From Isurus oxyrinchus (taxonomy: Eukaryota), in the NCBI GenBank assembly GCA_026770705.1, contig JANJGN010000140.1, positions 248,001 through 312,000 on the forward strand: a DNA stretch of 64,000 nucleotides, in the 5' to 3' direction. Position 1 is the first letter of the stretch. The number at the start of each line of letters is the position of its first letter. Positions 1 to 13,210 of this stretch are shown here, in pieces. The position numbers and the translations under genes are program-made. The notes beneath the pieces are model-generated. The model saw only the letters and a list, made by a program, of their open reading frames with translations, did not search any database and was not told the origin of the DNA.

Positions 1-450
1 TAAACAGAGACAAGATCGAGTGCAATAACAATTGAGACAGGGTCAATTGCTATACAGCCAGAGATAGAATCTTGTGCAATGATTACTTGGATAGATGGCC
101 ATTTTATAATCAAGAAGTAGTGGACTAGAACAATCATAATCAGGCCCTGGTGAAACAGTAAATGAGACAGAGCATACTGTAATAATCAAGGAGCCAGAGA
201 CTAATGAAATAATAGTGAGGCTCTGTAGAAACATAACCACAGGCAGAAAGTAATGTGGTAATCGAGGAGACAGGGACTAATGAAATAATAAACAGGGTCT
301 AGCCAAATATTATCAGAGTCACACCGATGTCTATCTATCAACGACAAATGGCAGAAAATAATAATCAAGACCAGGCAACACACTAACAGAGGCAGAGTCT
401 CGTGCCACAATCAAGGGCAGGATTAGTACAATTATAATCCGGACCTGTTG
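1..450. repeat. Degenerate ~25-bp minisatellite (AAACAGAGACAGGGTCTAGTGTAAT-like)
   Basis: Recurring acagagac/agggtc/tgcaat-tgtaat motifs at roughly 25-bp spacing. It resembles the reverse complement of 12290-13210 and the sequence at 20950-21110. Confidence 0.45.
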
Positions 451-1773
451 AAACACGAACAGAGGCTCAAACTTCATTGCAAGTTTAATCTCACGATTTA
501 GTTTCTGCGCAAATGGTGCCTAAAGCTATGACTTCTCTGGTAAGTTCCATGCTGATCTGTAAATCGCTCGGCAGGAAAACGGGTATTTAAAATTTGAGAT
601 AAGCAGTTGTTTTGCCCAGAGATAAAACAGTAACCAATTTATAACGAACCTGGTGGATATTAGCACAAAATGGTAAACAACGGGCACTATGATGAGAGTC
701 ACGTATTTGGGTGAATATTTGGACATTGCGGACGCCCTGTTTGCTGGAATGTCAATAAGAATATCGAATATCGACTAGTTCTGTGTGACTTCCCGTCTGC
801 CTTGCTTGTGCGCCGCACAGTCAGCCTTTTTTGTGCGGCCAGACGCTATCGGGAATTCCCCGTTTTTTCCGTTATTGACATGTCTAGGTCTGCCTGTAAT
901 ATTGCACAGTCCCTTTCCCATGATCTCTGTCATGTCCTGGATTCTTTACTCGCAGACTCTGTCACTGTTAATGATAAGTCTGAATATTACAGAACTGGAA
1001 ATCAATCCTCACTGAATTGAATCATCATTTTAAATGCAAAACAGAGAAGGGAAGCGTTTGTTTAAATGAGAGAGGGGTGTTGTTTTTCGCGTATGTTGTA
1101 TATATCTTCCTGGATGTTGTCAATGGGCTGTATCATATTGCAAGCTGATCATCAGCTGCTGGACTGAGGTCAGGCATTTAACCCAGATCCCGTCAACTCC
1201 TTCAGGGTGTTAATGAATTCCCTGCAGTATTGCAATGAGTGGAAATAAGACCACACAGTAAATACACATGGAACCACCTCCCAGCTCCTTACTACAGGGG
1301 GAAGGAGGGCAGCAGCACCTACTGACAGAACCACACCCATCTCACACCGCCCTGTTCAACAGAGAAATGTGAAGGGGATTTAACATCCAGCTCCAATGAA
1401 GCAAGAGATAGCTGTAAGCTTCCCTCATTCAGCCTGAGAGTTATTCACACAACACACAACCAGAGACCGTGTATCCGTGCGGCCCACCACTGATCTCGCG
1501 GACACTGCCCTCTGCAAATCAGCATTAGCCCACATTAAGCAGGGCATCCCAAACTGCGTGTCACGCGACACCCAGTGGGGTTACGAGGCCGGATTCGTGG
1601 GTCGTGAGTTCCGAAGCAGCAACAGACTGAGTGCAACAGCTCCGCCCCCTTTGAACCCTTGATTTAATTAAATGGCAGGCGTGGCCTAATTTTCGTGCCT
1701 AAAATCTTTCAGTCCAGCTCTGAGGTCCGGCCTCCCAATGCAGTCCAGGACTGCAGTCTAGAACTCCCAGTCA

Positions 1774-1779
1774 TATAAA
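1774..1779 (+). promoter_or_regulatory. TATA box of NAR-TCR V cassette 1
   Basis: TATAAA about 25 nt upstream of the leader ATG (1804); conserved in cassette 2 at 14490. Confidence 0.65.
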
Positions 1780-1803
1780 CCCCCAGCTCCAGGCAGCAGA
1801 ACG

Positions 1804-2269
1804 ATGGGAATCCACTTTGTTTTCACTCTGTGTGTCTGTTTACCCCGTGAGTACCGATCACACAAACCGACATTATGTGGATGTCATATAAAGCTGCCCG
1901 GGTCCATCCCAATTACAGACAGGGGGTTTGACCCGGTTCTGTGATTCGGCTCTGATGGTCCATGAAACTATCTCTGTTTAATTTCCAGGAGATTTCAGTC
2001 AGCCAGTGGCACAAACCCCAGCAGTGGTGACCAGGAAGCAGTGTCAGTCTCTCACCATCACCTGTGTTTTCCATGCTGGTTATTGGGATATTTTCCAAAC
2101 GGGGCTTTTCATCAGACAAACCCAGACCGGGGCAGAGCGGGAGCGGATCTCCAGCAGGGGGACATTGAATGAATAATGAATAAAACAGAAAAGACATTTT
2201 CGTTGGAAATTTGGGATGTGAGAGTTGAAGGCACTACCACCTATTACTGTAAATCTCAGTACTACGTTA
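1804..2269 (+). pseudogene. NAR-TCR (IgNAR-like) V segment, cassette 1, frameshifted pseudogene
   Basis: Leader exon 1804-1846 (MGIHFVFTLCVCLP, phase-1 GTGAGT donor); acceptor TTTCCAG ending 1988. V exon 1989-2269 reads QPVAQTPAVVTRKQCQSLTITCVF...FIRQTQTGAERERISSRG, then a frameshift near 2160-2176 into NKTEKTFSLEIWDVRVEGTTTYYCKSQYYV. It has an extra FR1 Cys and the short FR2-to-Cys distance of NAR V domains. Confidence 0.85.
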
Positions 2270-2307
2270 CACAGCGACTGGCCTCGGCTTCCCGGGATAC
2301 AAAAATT
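2270..2307 (+). other. V 23-class RSS (22-nt spacer), cassette 1
   Basis: CACAGCG + 22 nt + ACAAAAATT directly after the YYC-containing V end. Confidence 0.85.
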
Positions 2308-2534
2308 CTCACTGCAGATTATCATAAAAACAGGTAAAAAAAAAAGCGGAGTTAATCTGCTGTTAAACGCCTACAGTTCCGCCTCACATCGTCTGCCCCC
2401 TCCCCCCCCCACCCCCCCCCCCCGCCCCCAGTCTAGTTTATAGTGCGATTGGATTATTGCCGTTAACATCTTCAGTTTTAAAACTACCAAGTAGATGGTG
2501 AAGGCTTCCCCGGGGTTGGTGTTGGTGAAACAGA

Positions 2535-5015
2535 GGAACATAGAAACATAGAAATAGGAGCCGGAGTAGGCCGTTCGGCCCTTCGATCTTGTTCCGCCAT
2601 TCAATATTATCATGGTTGATCCTCGATCTAAACACCATATTCCCGCTTTCTGTCCATACCACTTGATGCCACTAATATCCAAAAATGTGTCGATTTTTTC
2701 TTGAATATACTCAGTGACTCCATAGCCTTCTTTGGTCGAGAATTCTACAGGTTGACCACCCTCTGAGTGAAGGAATTTTCCTCATTTCGGTCCTAAATGG
2801 CCTTCCACGTATTCTGAAACGGTGGCCCCTGGTTCTGGACTCCCCAACCAGGGAAAACATCCTTCCTGCATCTAGTCTGTCTAGCGCTGTTAGAATTATA
2901 TGTGTTTCAATCAGATCCCCTCTCATTCTTCTAAACTCTAGTGAATGCAGGCCCAGTTGAACCAATCTCCCCTCATTCGACAGTCCTGCTATGCCCAGTA
3001 TCAGCCTCGTGAACATTCGCTGCTCTCCCTCTACGGCAAATATATCTTTTCTTGCGTAGAGAGACAAAATCTGCACGCAATTCTCCAGGTGTGTTCTCAC
3101 CAAGGCCCTTTGCAACTACAGTAAAACATCCATACTTCTGAAATCAAATCCACTTTAAATGAAGGCCAACATACCATTTTCCTTCCTAATTTGCCTGTTT
3201 AGTTTCATTGGCTGGTGTACAACGACACCCAAACTCCTTCCTACACCCATATTTCCCAATTTATCACCATTGATATAATGCTCTGACTTTCTGTTTTTCA
3301 CACCAAAGCGTAACTTTATATTTATCCACGTTATACTGCACTTGCCATGTGATTGCCGACACACACAGACAACTTGTCTCAATTGCCCTGAATCCCTGTT
3401 GCATGCTCCTCACATCTCACAGCCCCGTCCAGTTTTGTGTCGTCAGCAAACTTGGAAATATTGCATTTGGTTTCCTCATCCAAATTATCTATATATGTTG
3501 TGAATAACTGGGGCTGAAGCACTGATCTCTGCGGGACACCACTAGTCACGGCCTGCCACCTGGAAAAAAGACCCATTATTCCCACTGCCTGTTTCTGGTC
3601 TGTCAACCAATTCTCAATACAAGCCAGTATATTACCTCCAATCCCATGTGCTTTACTTTTGTCCACTAGACTCTTACGTGGGACCTTATTAAAACCTTCT
3701 TGAAATCCAAATACACCACATTTAGTGGTTCTCCCTTATCTATTCTACTAATTACATCCTCAAAAAACTCGAGTAGATTAGTTAAGCATGATTTCCCTTT
3801 CATAAACCAATGCTGACTTTGTCTAATCCCATTGATGCTTTCCAAGTGTTCAGTTAGCATGTCTTTTATAACAGACTCTAGCATTTTCCCCACAACTGAT
3901 GTTAGGCTAACTGCTCTGTATTATCTGTTTTTGCTCTCCCTCCTTTTTTAAAATAATGGGGTTACATTTGCCACTCCCCAATATGTAGGAACTGTTCCAG
4001 AGTCTATAGAATTTTGGAAGGTGACCACCTATGCATCCAATATTTCCAGCGTCACCTCCTTTAGAAATCTGGGATGTGGATTATCAGGCCCTGGGGATTT
4101 TTCAGATTTTAACCCCATTAATTTGTCCAGCACAATTTTTTTCACTAATGCTAATCTCCTTCAATTCCTCGCTCTCACTGGTTCCCTAACATTTCTGGGA
4201 AATTACTTGTGTTGCCTTTTGTGAAGGCAGAACCAAAATATCTCTTTAATTTTTATGCCATTTCTTTGTTCCCAACTATAGTTTCCCCCGCTTGTGAGTG
4301 TTAGTTTACTAATCATTTTCTCTTCGCATATTTATGGAAGCTTTTACAATCAGTTTTTATGTTCCCTGCAAGTTTACTCTCATACTCCATTTTCCCCTTC
4401 TTGATCAGTCTTTTTTTCCCGTTTTGCTGAATTCTAAACTGCTTCCAACTCTCAGGATTGAAGCTTTTTCTGGAAATTTTTTATGTCTACTCGTTGGATC
4501 TAATACTATCCCTAATTTTTTTTGTAATCCATGGTTGAACCATCTTTCCCATACTATGTTTGCGCCAGACGGGAATGAATAATTGTTGTATACGTTCCTT
4601 AAATATTAACCATTGCCGATCCACTGTCAGCTCTTTTCGTAAGGTTCCCTAATCCATCATTGCCAACTCTCCCCTCATAACCTTGCAGTTCCCTTTATTT
4701 AGATCCAGGACACTAGTTTCGGATTCAACTCCTTCACTCTCCACCTTAAGGAACAATTCTATCATGTTATTGTAGCTCTTCCCCCAGGGACCCTGCACAA
4801 CAAGGTTGTTAATTAATCCTTTCTCATTGCACAATACCCAGTCTCGGATAACCTGCTCTCCAGTTGGCTCCTCAACGTATTGGCCTAAACAACCATCACG
4901 TACAGACTCCAGGAATCGTCCTCCACAGTATTATTGCTAGTTTGGTTGCCCAATCAATATATAGATTAAAGTCACCCATGAATACAGTTGTACCCTTATT
5001 ACATACGTCTCTAAA
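2535..5015 (-). mobile_element. CR1-clade LINE (decayed ORF2 and 3' tail) inserted between V and D of cassette 1
   Basis: Minus-strand fragments GKSCLTNLLEFFE, VYLDFKK, VTSGVPQ, ISKFADDTKL, RRMRGDLIE; (TTCTATGT)n tail seen as ACATAGAAACATAGAA near 2538. Absent from the homologous V-D interval of cassette 2. Confidence 0.9.
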
Positions 5016-5170
5016 TCAGTAATTTGTTTTCTCATTTCTGAATGGGGATTAGGAATAACTGATCCCAGTTACAAACCCCTAACACCAGATGTGATCCTGT
5101 TCTAACAGCTGGAACCGGGAACTGCAGTCCCCGCTATTTAATGTCCCCACATCTCACCTAGTACCCGTGG

Positions 5171-5229
5171 GTATTTTATACTAACTTGTTACACGGGCAG
5201 TCACAGTGGGAGAGAGTAGGGCAAATACT
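5171..5229 (+). pseudogene. Remnant D segment with 12/12 RSS, cassette 1
   Basis: GTATTTTAT-12nt-CAC[deleted]GGGCAGT-CACAGTG-12nt-GCAAATACT. It is 14 nt shorter than the cassette-2 D and lacks most of the 5' heptamer and D coding region. Confidence 0.75.
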
Positions 5230-5536
5230 TTGTAAATATTAATTCTCCGGGCCCGGATAGTGAATTGTCCGGTTGATGTTAATATCATTGCAATCTGGTT
5301 ACATTTCATTTTAATTTTCACCATTCAGTAATCTTTCTTTGATATTTTTTCCGGTTTATATGAAGCGAATATCTCATTCCTGGGACCATTTACTCAGAGC
5401 TCAGGGTCTCAGAAAGAACAGTTTGAACAGATAGAGACTTTGAAACATTGAATATTGATTATTCATTTAAACCTGCTGTATAATTGTGAGGTGTCTACTG
5501 CCCGATGATGATTTCCTGGCAGGTTGAGTTGTCGAT

Positions 5537-5620
5537 GGTTCTTGTACCTGGGAGATTGAGAGTGGTGTGCTAATTATGTAGATGGATCCAGGATGGTGGT
5601 GACTGTCACAGCCGATAAGT
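5537..5620 (+). pseudogene. Remnant J segment, cassette 1
   Basis: Nonamer GGTTCTTGT + 23-nt spacer but no heptamer; coding ANYVDGSRMVVTVTA; donor mutated to ATAAGT (GTAAGT in cassette 2). Confidence 0.8.
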
Positions 5621-6179
5621 GACTCTGAAGCCCGCATGTTGCAGACTGTGCCGGATATTGTTCACAGTCAGCTTATTATTGTGATCAACATCGTTTCAAT
5701 CACATCGAAGCAAAAAAAAAAACGATTTCTAAGGGACCTTTTCCATTGCAGGCTTCAATTTAGGAACAGGGTATGATCGGACAGTCGGGTCATTTACCCG
5801 CCATTTCTTTCAATTGTCTTCATATACCCAATCATTTCCTCCTTTTCCATCCTCAGATCGAAATGTGAAAGTTTGGAACTGCAGAAACTTCTCTATATTG
5901 AATGTCGATGTTTGAGAGATGGGATTGCTGTAATTTATCTATATCCCTGATTACTGTGAATTAAAAACGCAAAGTGCAGTGAGAGAGTGAGGATGATGCA
6001 TTAATCTTATAAAGGAGAACAGGGACATAAGGAAAAAAATATAAACTGAGAGAATATTCATTTAGAACCAGCAAGAAATAATTCATCGAATGGGAGAGAA
6101 GGATTGGTTGATGTCTGGGTCGTTCAAAGTATAATCCGAGCACAGAGTGGTGGGCGATGTTTATGGAGAGAAGGACTTC

Positions 6180-6480
6180 AGTTTGGAATACTATGTAAAG
6201 TCTGGTATCTTACTTAGGGAAGGTTGTACATGCTTTGGAACAAATGCTCATCAGACTGATTCCTGAAGTAAAGGGATTGTCCTATGGGAAGGGATTGAGT
6301 AGACTGGGCCTGTGTTTCCTGGAATTTACAGCAATGAGGGCGATCTCATGAGAACACATATATCCTTAAGGAGCTTGAGAGGGAAGGTTCTAGGTGGGAG
6401 TTTCCTCAGGTTGGAAAGTCTATAACTGGGAGCCAAAGTTTCAGCATAAGGGGTCGGCCATTAGAATGGGGAAGAGAGAA
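6180..6480 (+). mobile_element. CR1 LINE 3' fragment in the J-V intron
   Basis: Decayed CR1 C-terminal coding sequence; a homologous fragment sits at ~16690-17230 in cassette 2, so it predates the duplication. Confidence 0.6.
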
Positions 6481-7023
6481 GTTTCAATCAATGCTGATTA
6501 ATCACAAACACTTTCATTTCGATCATGCTGCGCACAGTGATGCTGATGCTGATTATCCCGTACAATCATTTTTTGGAAACTGTTCCATCGGGGTGTCACT
6601 CACCAAGGAAAATAGAAGCAGAAATGTAATATACAACAGAGAACCATGCCGAGAGGTAGAATGACATTCGGCCCATCGTGGAGATGCTATCACTTTCAAA
6701 GTGCAATCTAATTTTTACCAAAACGCATGTATTTCCTCATGAGGCTGTACATTTTTCCTGTTGCAGTACAGATACATCAGCCATTTGAAAGTTCCCACTG
6801 AGTGCGTTCGCACCACCCATTCTGACCACGCAGTGCAGATTGGAAAAATTCTCGATACAAAAGAAAATTATCATCTCTGCACTTAATCACATTTCAATGA
6901 CGGTGAATACGGTTGGAACAGGCTTGCTTCAAGTTTAGAAAAACGAACCTTTCATGTCATTGACAAATTCTCCCAGGTAAACAATGGCTAAACAAACAAA
7001 TAATGTTATTTTAAATTCTCCAG

Positions 7024-7176
7024 ATTCCAGTTCCCTGGTGTCTTAGTGCCCACCTCTACAAACATCTGCTGTCGGTGACACCGTTACTTGAAGCTGTGAA
7101 TGTTCAGGGTTAGATCACGGAGAGAGCAGTTCAAAAACCTGAACATGGTGGGATTACAGACACAGTGATACAGAGC
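7024..7176 (+). pseudogene. Truncated supporting V-delta of cassette 1 fused to RSS-array remnants
   Basis: Acceptor TCTCCAG ending 7023; reads DSSSLVS*CPPLQTSAVGDTVT*SCECSG, homologous to 18713 onward. At ~7111 it jumps into an RSS spacer/nonamer (AGATCACGGAGAGAGCAGTTCAAAAACC), then the array linker and CACAGTG at 7161. Confidence 0.8.
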
Positions 7177-7586
7177 NNNNNNNNNNNNNNNNNNNNNNNN
7201 NNNNNNNNNNNNNNNNNNNNNNNNNNNNNNNNNNNNNNNNNNNNNNNNNNNNNNNNNNNNNNNNNNNNNNNNNNNNNNNNNNNNNNNNNNNNNNNNNNNN
7301 NNNNNNNNNNNNNNNNNNNNNNNNNNNNNNNNNNNNNNNNNNNNNNNNNNNNNNNNNNNNNNNNNNNNNNNNNNNNNNNNNNNNNNNNNNNNNNNNNNNN
7401 NNNNNNNNNNNNNNNNNNNNNNNNNNNNNNNNNNNNNNNNNNNNNNNNNNNNNNNNNNNNNNNNNNNNNNNNNNNNNNNNNNNNNNNNNNNNNNNNNNNN
7501 NNNNNNNNNNNNNNNNNNNNNNNNNNNNNNNNNNNNNNNNNNNNNNNNNNNNNNNNNNNNNNNNNNNNNNNNNNNNNNNNNNNNNN
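7177..7586. other. Assembly gap (410 N)
   Basis: Run of N. Confidence 1.
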
Positions 7587-8265
7587 TGATAAAATAGATA
7601 GAACACGTTTTTGCCATTTAAGGACTCTTCGTTCCGGAGACAAAGGAGCAGGAAAAACAAATTGATAGATTTTACATGATGATTGACATAGCTTCAGATA
7701 TAAATGTACATGCTGACACTGACTGGGATAAAAAACTTGTCAGAGAAGCAATTAGAATTATAGATCGATGAATAGAAGAGAGTCGAATCAATGTTGGAAT
7801 GGGCAAACAAAGAGAAAATTAAAAATGAATGAAACAATCAAATAACAATGTTGGGTGACAGCCAAAAGCCAACACTCCAGATGATATATTGGCCGTATTA
7901 TTTCCGCTCTGGGACCCTGCGCTTTATTTGAAGCCTCCTGTCAGTCGAGGCTTTCGGGATCAAGGTGGGGGGGTGGGGTGGAGTTGGGGGAGGGGGCGGT
8001 GGAGAGGAGGGGGGAGAATTTTGAGTGGTCTTCGCCAGCATATCGGCCCCCATCACTTCCTGCATCTATCCGAAATCCCAGTGTCAATGAGCTGTCTATG
8101 ATCATTGCCACAATTTGTGACAATCAGCACTGCCTGCGGTCCTGCAAGCAGTCTCCCTGAACTCTTCTGTTGTGCCCGATACCTTGCCTCGAGAATGTGT
8201 GCGGGTTCTGTGTATTCTTGCTGGTCACTGTCTATCTCTCTCTCCCCACCCCTTCCCCGCACCCC

Positions 8266-8267
8266 CC

Positions 8268-8311
<44 letters not shown>

Positions 8312-8322
8312 TACCCACACAC
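8266..8322. repeat. (CT)n(CA)n microsatellite
   Basis: Directly visible. Confidence 0.9.
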
Positions 8323-8387
8323 AAAAAATCTATTGGACATAGTCCCAATTGTGTTTACTCGCAAAAAATAAATATTTCGTGTTTAGA

Positions 8388-10950
8388 AAACATAAAAACA
8401 TAGAAACATAGAAAGTAGGAGCAGGCGTATGCCATAGGCCCTTCGAGCCTGCTCCGCCATTCATCATGATTGTGGCTGATCATCCAACTCAATAGCCTGC
8501 TCCCGCTTTCTGCCCATACCCTTTGATCCCTTTCGCCCCAAGAGCTATATCTAACTACTTCTTGAAATCATGCGATATTTTTGCATCAAATACTTTTAGT
8601 GGTAGCGAATTCCACAGGCTCACCACTCTCTGGGTGAAGACATTTCTTCTCATCTCAATTCTAAATGGTCTACCCCATATCCACAGACTGTGACACCTGG
8701 TTCTGGACTCCCCCGCCATCGGGACCATCCTTCCTGCATCTACACTGAATGGCCTTATTAGAATTTTATAGTCTTCTATGAGATTCTGCTCTCATTCTTC
8801 TGAACCCCAGTGAATATAATCGTAACTGATTCAATCACTCCTCATATGTCTGCCCCGCCAGCCCAGGAATCAGTCTGATAAATGTTCGCTGCACCCCCTC
8901 TATAGCAAGAACATCCTTCCTCATATAAGGAGCCTAAACCTGGTCATAATATTCTAGTTGTGGCCTCACCAAGGCCCTGTACAATTGCAGCAAGACATCC
9001 TGCTCCTGTATTGGAATCCTCTGCTATGAAGGTCAACGTACCATTTGCCTTCTTTTGCGCCTGCTGCATCTGCATGCTTACCTTCTGCGATTGGTGTACG
9101 ACGACACCCAGGTCTCGTTGCACATTCCCCTCTCTCAATTTATAGCCATTCAGATAATAATCTGCCTTCCTGTTTTTGCATCCAAATGGATAACCTCAAA
9201 TTTATCCACATTATGCTTCACCTGCCATGCATTTTCCCACTCACTCAGCCTGTCCAAATCACACTGAAGCTTCTCTGCATCCTCCTCACAACTCACCCTC
9301 CCACCCAGCTTTGTGTCATCTGCAAATTTAGAGGTATTACATTTAGTTCCCTAATTTAAATCATTAATATCTATTGTTAATAGCCTGGGACGCAGCACCG
9401 ATCCCTAAGGTACCCGACTTGTCACTGCCTGCCATTCCGAAAATGTCCCGTGTATTCCTCCTCTTTGTTTCATGTCTGCCAACCAGTTTTCTATCCATCT
9501 CAACAAACTATCCCCAATCTCATATGCTTTAAATTTACATGCTAATCTCTTCTGTGGGACTTTGTCGATAGTCTTCTGAAAGTCCAACTAAAATGCATCC
9601 ACTCCACTAGTGACATCCTCGAAGAATTCCAATAGATTTGACGTAAATGTGTGCTGACTGTCCGATTCTGCCAATGTTTTCCAAGTGCTCAGCTATTAAA
9701 TCTTTTATAATGGGCTCTAGAATTTTCCCCACTAGCGACGTCAGGCTGACTGGCCTTTTATTCCCTGTTTTCTCTGTACCACTCTTTTTAAATAGTGGGG
9801 TTACATTAGCTCCTCTCCAATCTGCAGGAACTGTACCAGAGTGTATAGGATCTAGGATGATGACCACCAATGCATACACTATTTCTAGGGTCATTTACTT
9901 AAGTGCTCTGGGATGTAGATTATCAGGCCCTGGGGATTTATCGGCCTTCAATCCCATCAATTTCCCCAACACCATTTCCCTACTAATACAGATTTCTTTC
10001 AGTTCCTCCATCTCTCTAAACCCTGTGTTTCCCAACATTTCTAGTATGTTATTTGTGTCCTCTTTGTGAAGACTGAACCAAAGTATGTACTTACTTGGTC
10101 AGCCATTTCTTTGCTCCACATTTTAAATTCTCCTGTTTCTGACTGTGAGGAACCTACATTTGTCTTCACCAACCTTTTTCTCTTCACATAAGTATAGAAA
10201 CTTTTACAGTCAGGTTTTACGTTCCCTGCAAGCTTATTCTGGTACTCTATTTTCTCCTTCTTAATCAATACCTTGGTCCTCCTTTGTTGGATTCTAATCT
10301 GCTTCCAATGCACAGGTCTGCTTTATTTTTTTCCTGGCCAATTTGTATGCCTCTTCCTTGCATCTAATACTATCTCTAATTTCTCTCATAAGCCATGGTT
10401 TGGCCACGTTTGTTGTTTCACTTTTGCACCAGGCAGGAATAACAATTGTTTCAGTTCACCCATGTGCTCTTTGAATGTTTGCCATTGCTTAACCACCGTC
10501 ATCCCTTTAAGTAACGTTTCCCAATCCATCATCGCCAACGCACGCCTCACACCATCGTAGTTTCCTGTATTAAGGTTCAGGACACCAGTCTCAGAATCAA
10601 CTCCGTCACTCTCCATATTGATGAAGAATTCTATCATATTATGGCCGCTCATCGCCAAGGGGCCTGGCACATCTAGATTGCCAATTATTCCTTTCTCATT
10701 ACACAATACCCAGTCAAGAATAGCCTGTTCTCTAGTTCGTTTCTCAATGCATTTGTCCAGAAAGCCATCCTGTATACACTCCAAGAATTCTTCTTCTACG
10801 GTATTTGATTTGCCCAATCTATATGCAGATTAAAGCCACCCATAATTACAGATGTTTCTTTATTGGATACGTCTCTAATTTCCTGTTTAATTCCAGTCCC
10901 AACATCACCACCACAGTTTCGGGTCTATATACAACCCGCACTAACATTTG
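8388..10950 (-). mobile_element. CR1-clade LINE, decayed endonuclease-RT ORF2 and 3' tail
   Basis: Minus ORF fragments TREQAILDWVLCNE, PADWRGANVTPLFKK, RPVSLTS, DFQKTIDKVP; ACATAGAAACATAGAA tail near 8398. Confidence 0.9.
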
Positions 10951-11079
10951 ATGCCCCTTATACTCATCGTTGAGCAGGAATCAGTTTCTGGGTGTTCTTG
11001 TTAAAATGTTCTATTTTAAATGTTACATTCAAATGTTCCATTTTAAACATTTACAAATGGAACACAAATTGAATATAAT

Positions 11080-12290
11080 TATTGTAAGGGGCGTGAGGAA
11101 TAAGACTGACGAGCTGAGGACACAGATAGGCACCAAGGGCATGATATCATAGCTATGACCAAGGCTTGGCTAAAGGATGGCTAGGATTGGCAGCTTCCTG
11201 GTTATAGGGTATTCGGACGAAGTGGAGAGAGGGCTAGAAGAGTTGGATTGGGGGGTTGCAATATTGATCAAGGAATCTTGGGGAGTGATGATATTTTAGA
11301 AGGGTCATCAAACGAAGCCATGTAGGTAGAAGCAAGAAACGCTAAATGAGCAAACACGAGTTTTGGTGTGTACTATAGGCCCCCAAACAGGCGGGTAGTG
11401 ATAGAGGGCCAAAAGTGTCATCACAGGTTGTTTTCCTTGGAGCAACGAAGGTTGAAAGGGGACCTGATAGATGTGCATATGATTATGAGTGGCACAGCTA
11501 GGGTGGATAGGAAGGCAATTTTTCCATAAGTAGAGGAGTCAATAACCAGGGGACAGAGATTTAAGCTAAGAGGTAGAAGACAGATTTACATGAGGCAACG
11601 GTGCACAAGGCCACCTCCCCACATAGTTTTGTATGTTTCTATTCCTCTGGCCTTTTTTGTCTTTCCTGTGCTTTGGAAAGGTGCTTGCTGCTGTTTCTCG
11701 TTTGACGTTGGTTGGATCAGCAGTGGAGTGGGACGGTGTTTGCATTTCTGCCCTGACAGAGGAATTGGGGTTTGTAGAAAAACAGGCCAGTTTGCTTAGC
11801 ATCTGTCCTTGGGAAAATATTGGAGTCTATTATAAATGATGCAATAGCAGAGCCTTTAGAAATACATAGTCTAATGAAGCAGAGTCAGCATGGCTTCAAG
11901 AAGGAGAAATCATGTCTTACAAATTAAGTATAATTTTTTGGTGAGGTAACAAGTAAGATTGAAAGGGGATAGCCAGTAGATGTAATGTATTTTGATTTCC
12001 AAAATGCGTTCAGCAAGGTACTTCACACATGGCTACTTAATAAGATAACGGTGTTGGGGGTAGTATATCAGCATGGATAAAGGATTGGCTAACTAATAGA
12101 AGACAGAGAGATGGGTTAAGGGGGGGGGGGGGCATTTTCAGCATGGCAATCTGTATCTAGTGGGGCGCCACAGTGATCAGTGTTGGAGCCTCAATTATTT
12201 ACAACATATATTAATGACTTAGATGAGGGAAGTGAATATACAATCGTCAAATTTGCAGATGACACAAAATAGGTGAGAAGATAAGTGGTA
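11080..12290 (+). mobile_element. Patchwork of CR1 ORF2 fragments
   Basis: RNKTDELRTQIG-type endonuclease start, QHGFKK/GKSCLTN-like and KFADDTK-like decayed sequence. Confidence 0.65.
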
Positions 12291-13210
12291 TGAGTTCAGT
12301 GCCTGGTTCTAAACCAGTATTCGAGAACTAAGCAATACTCATTTATTAGTGCACTGGACAGTCACAGTAAATCATGTCTTATCTATTACTGCATTAGATT
12401 GCCTCCATTTATGTTCCACCAGGCGCAATTTTTGTTATTACTGACTACAACATCTTAATGCTTGCATTTATATTACACCAGACACTCACTTTATGTTGCA
12501 TTCGTCCCTTTTTCCAGTTATTTGCAAGAGGTTGTTGCATATCCTTCTATGTTTCCCTAGGTCGCATCTCAGTTATTATTGCAATAGATAATCTCCGTTA
12601 GTGTTCAGCAACATCCTGTCTCAGTGTTACACCAGACAATGTGACATCTTTATATTACAATAACCTGTGTCTCTGTTTAAGGTACATGAGACACAATCTC
12701 ATTTATTGCGGCATTTGACATGTCTCTGCTTGTATGACGCTAGGCCCTGCCTGATTTGCTATTGAATTAGATTCTGTCTCGGTTTATATTACACTGGCCA
12801 TTGTCTGTGCTCCACTGCACTAGGACATGATTGAATTTACATTGCACTAGGCCACGTCCCTGCTGATATTGCACTACGACAGTACTCACATTATACTTAA
12901 ATAGCCTTTGCCCCTCTGTAGATTACATTAGACCATGTCTTTGTTCATGTTACCTGGAGACCTGTCTGAACTATTATCTCATTACCCTTGATCCTGCTTA
13001 TATTTTGGTAGGCCTTTTCTTTATTATTCCCGCTCGAAACCCAACTCCTGTTTACATTACACAAGACCCAATTTCTAGTTGCCTTACTCCATGCCTTGCT
13101 TCAGTTAATACTGAAATGGATCCTGCCTCTATTTATGTTACACCAGGCCGTGCCTTTGTTACGACTATTCTTGACCAAATCCCTGTTTATATTAACTAAG
13201 TTTATTTGCA
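12290..13210. repeat. Degenerate ~25-bp minisatellite (ATTACACTAGACCCTGTCTCTGTTT-like)
   Basis: Recurring attacac/tagacc/tgtctc/gttta motifs at roughly 25-bp period. Confidence 0.55.

Noticed and set aside
7084-7665. Four ~170-aa ORFs
   Set aside because: Artefacts of translating through the N gap.
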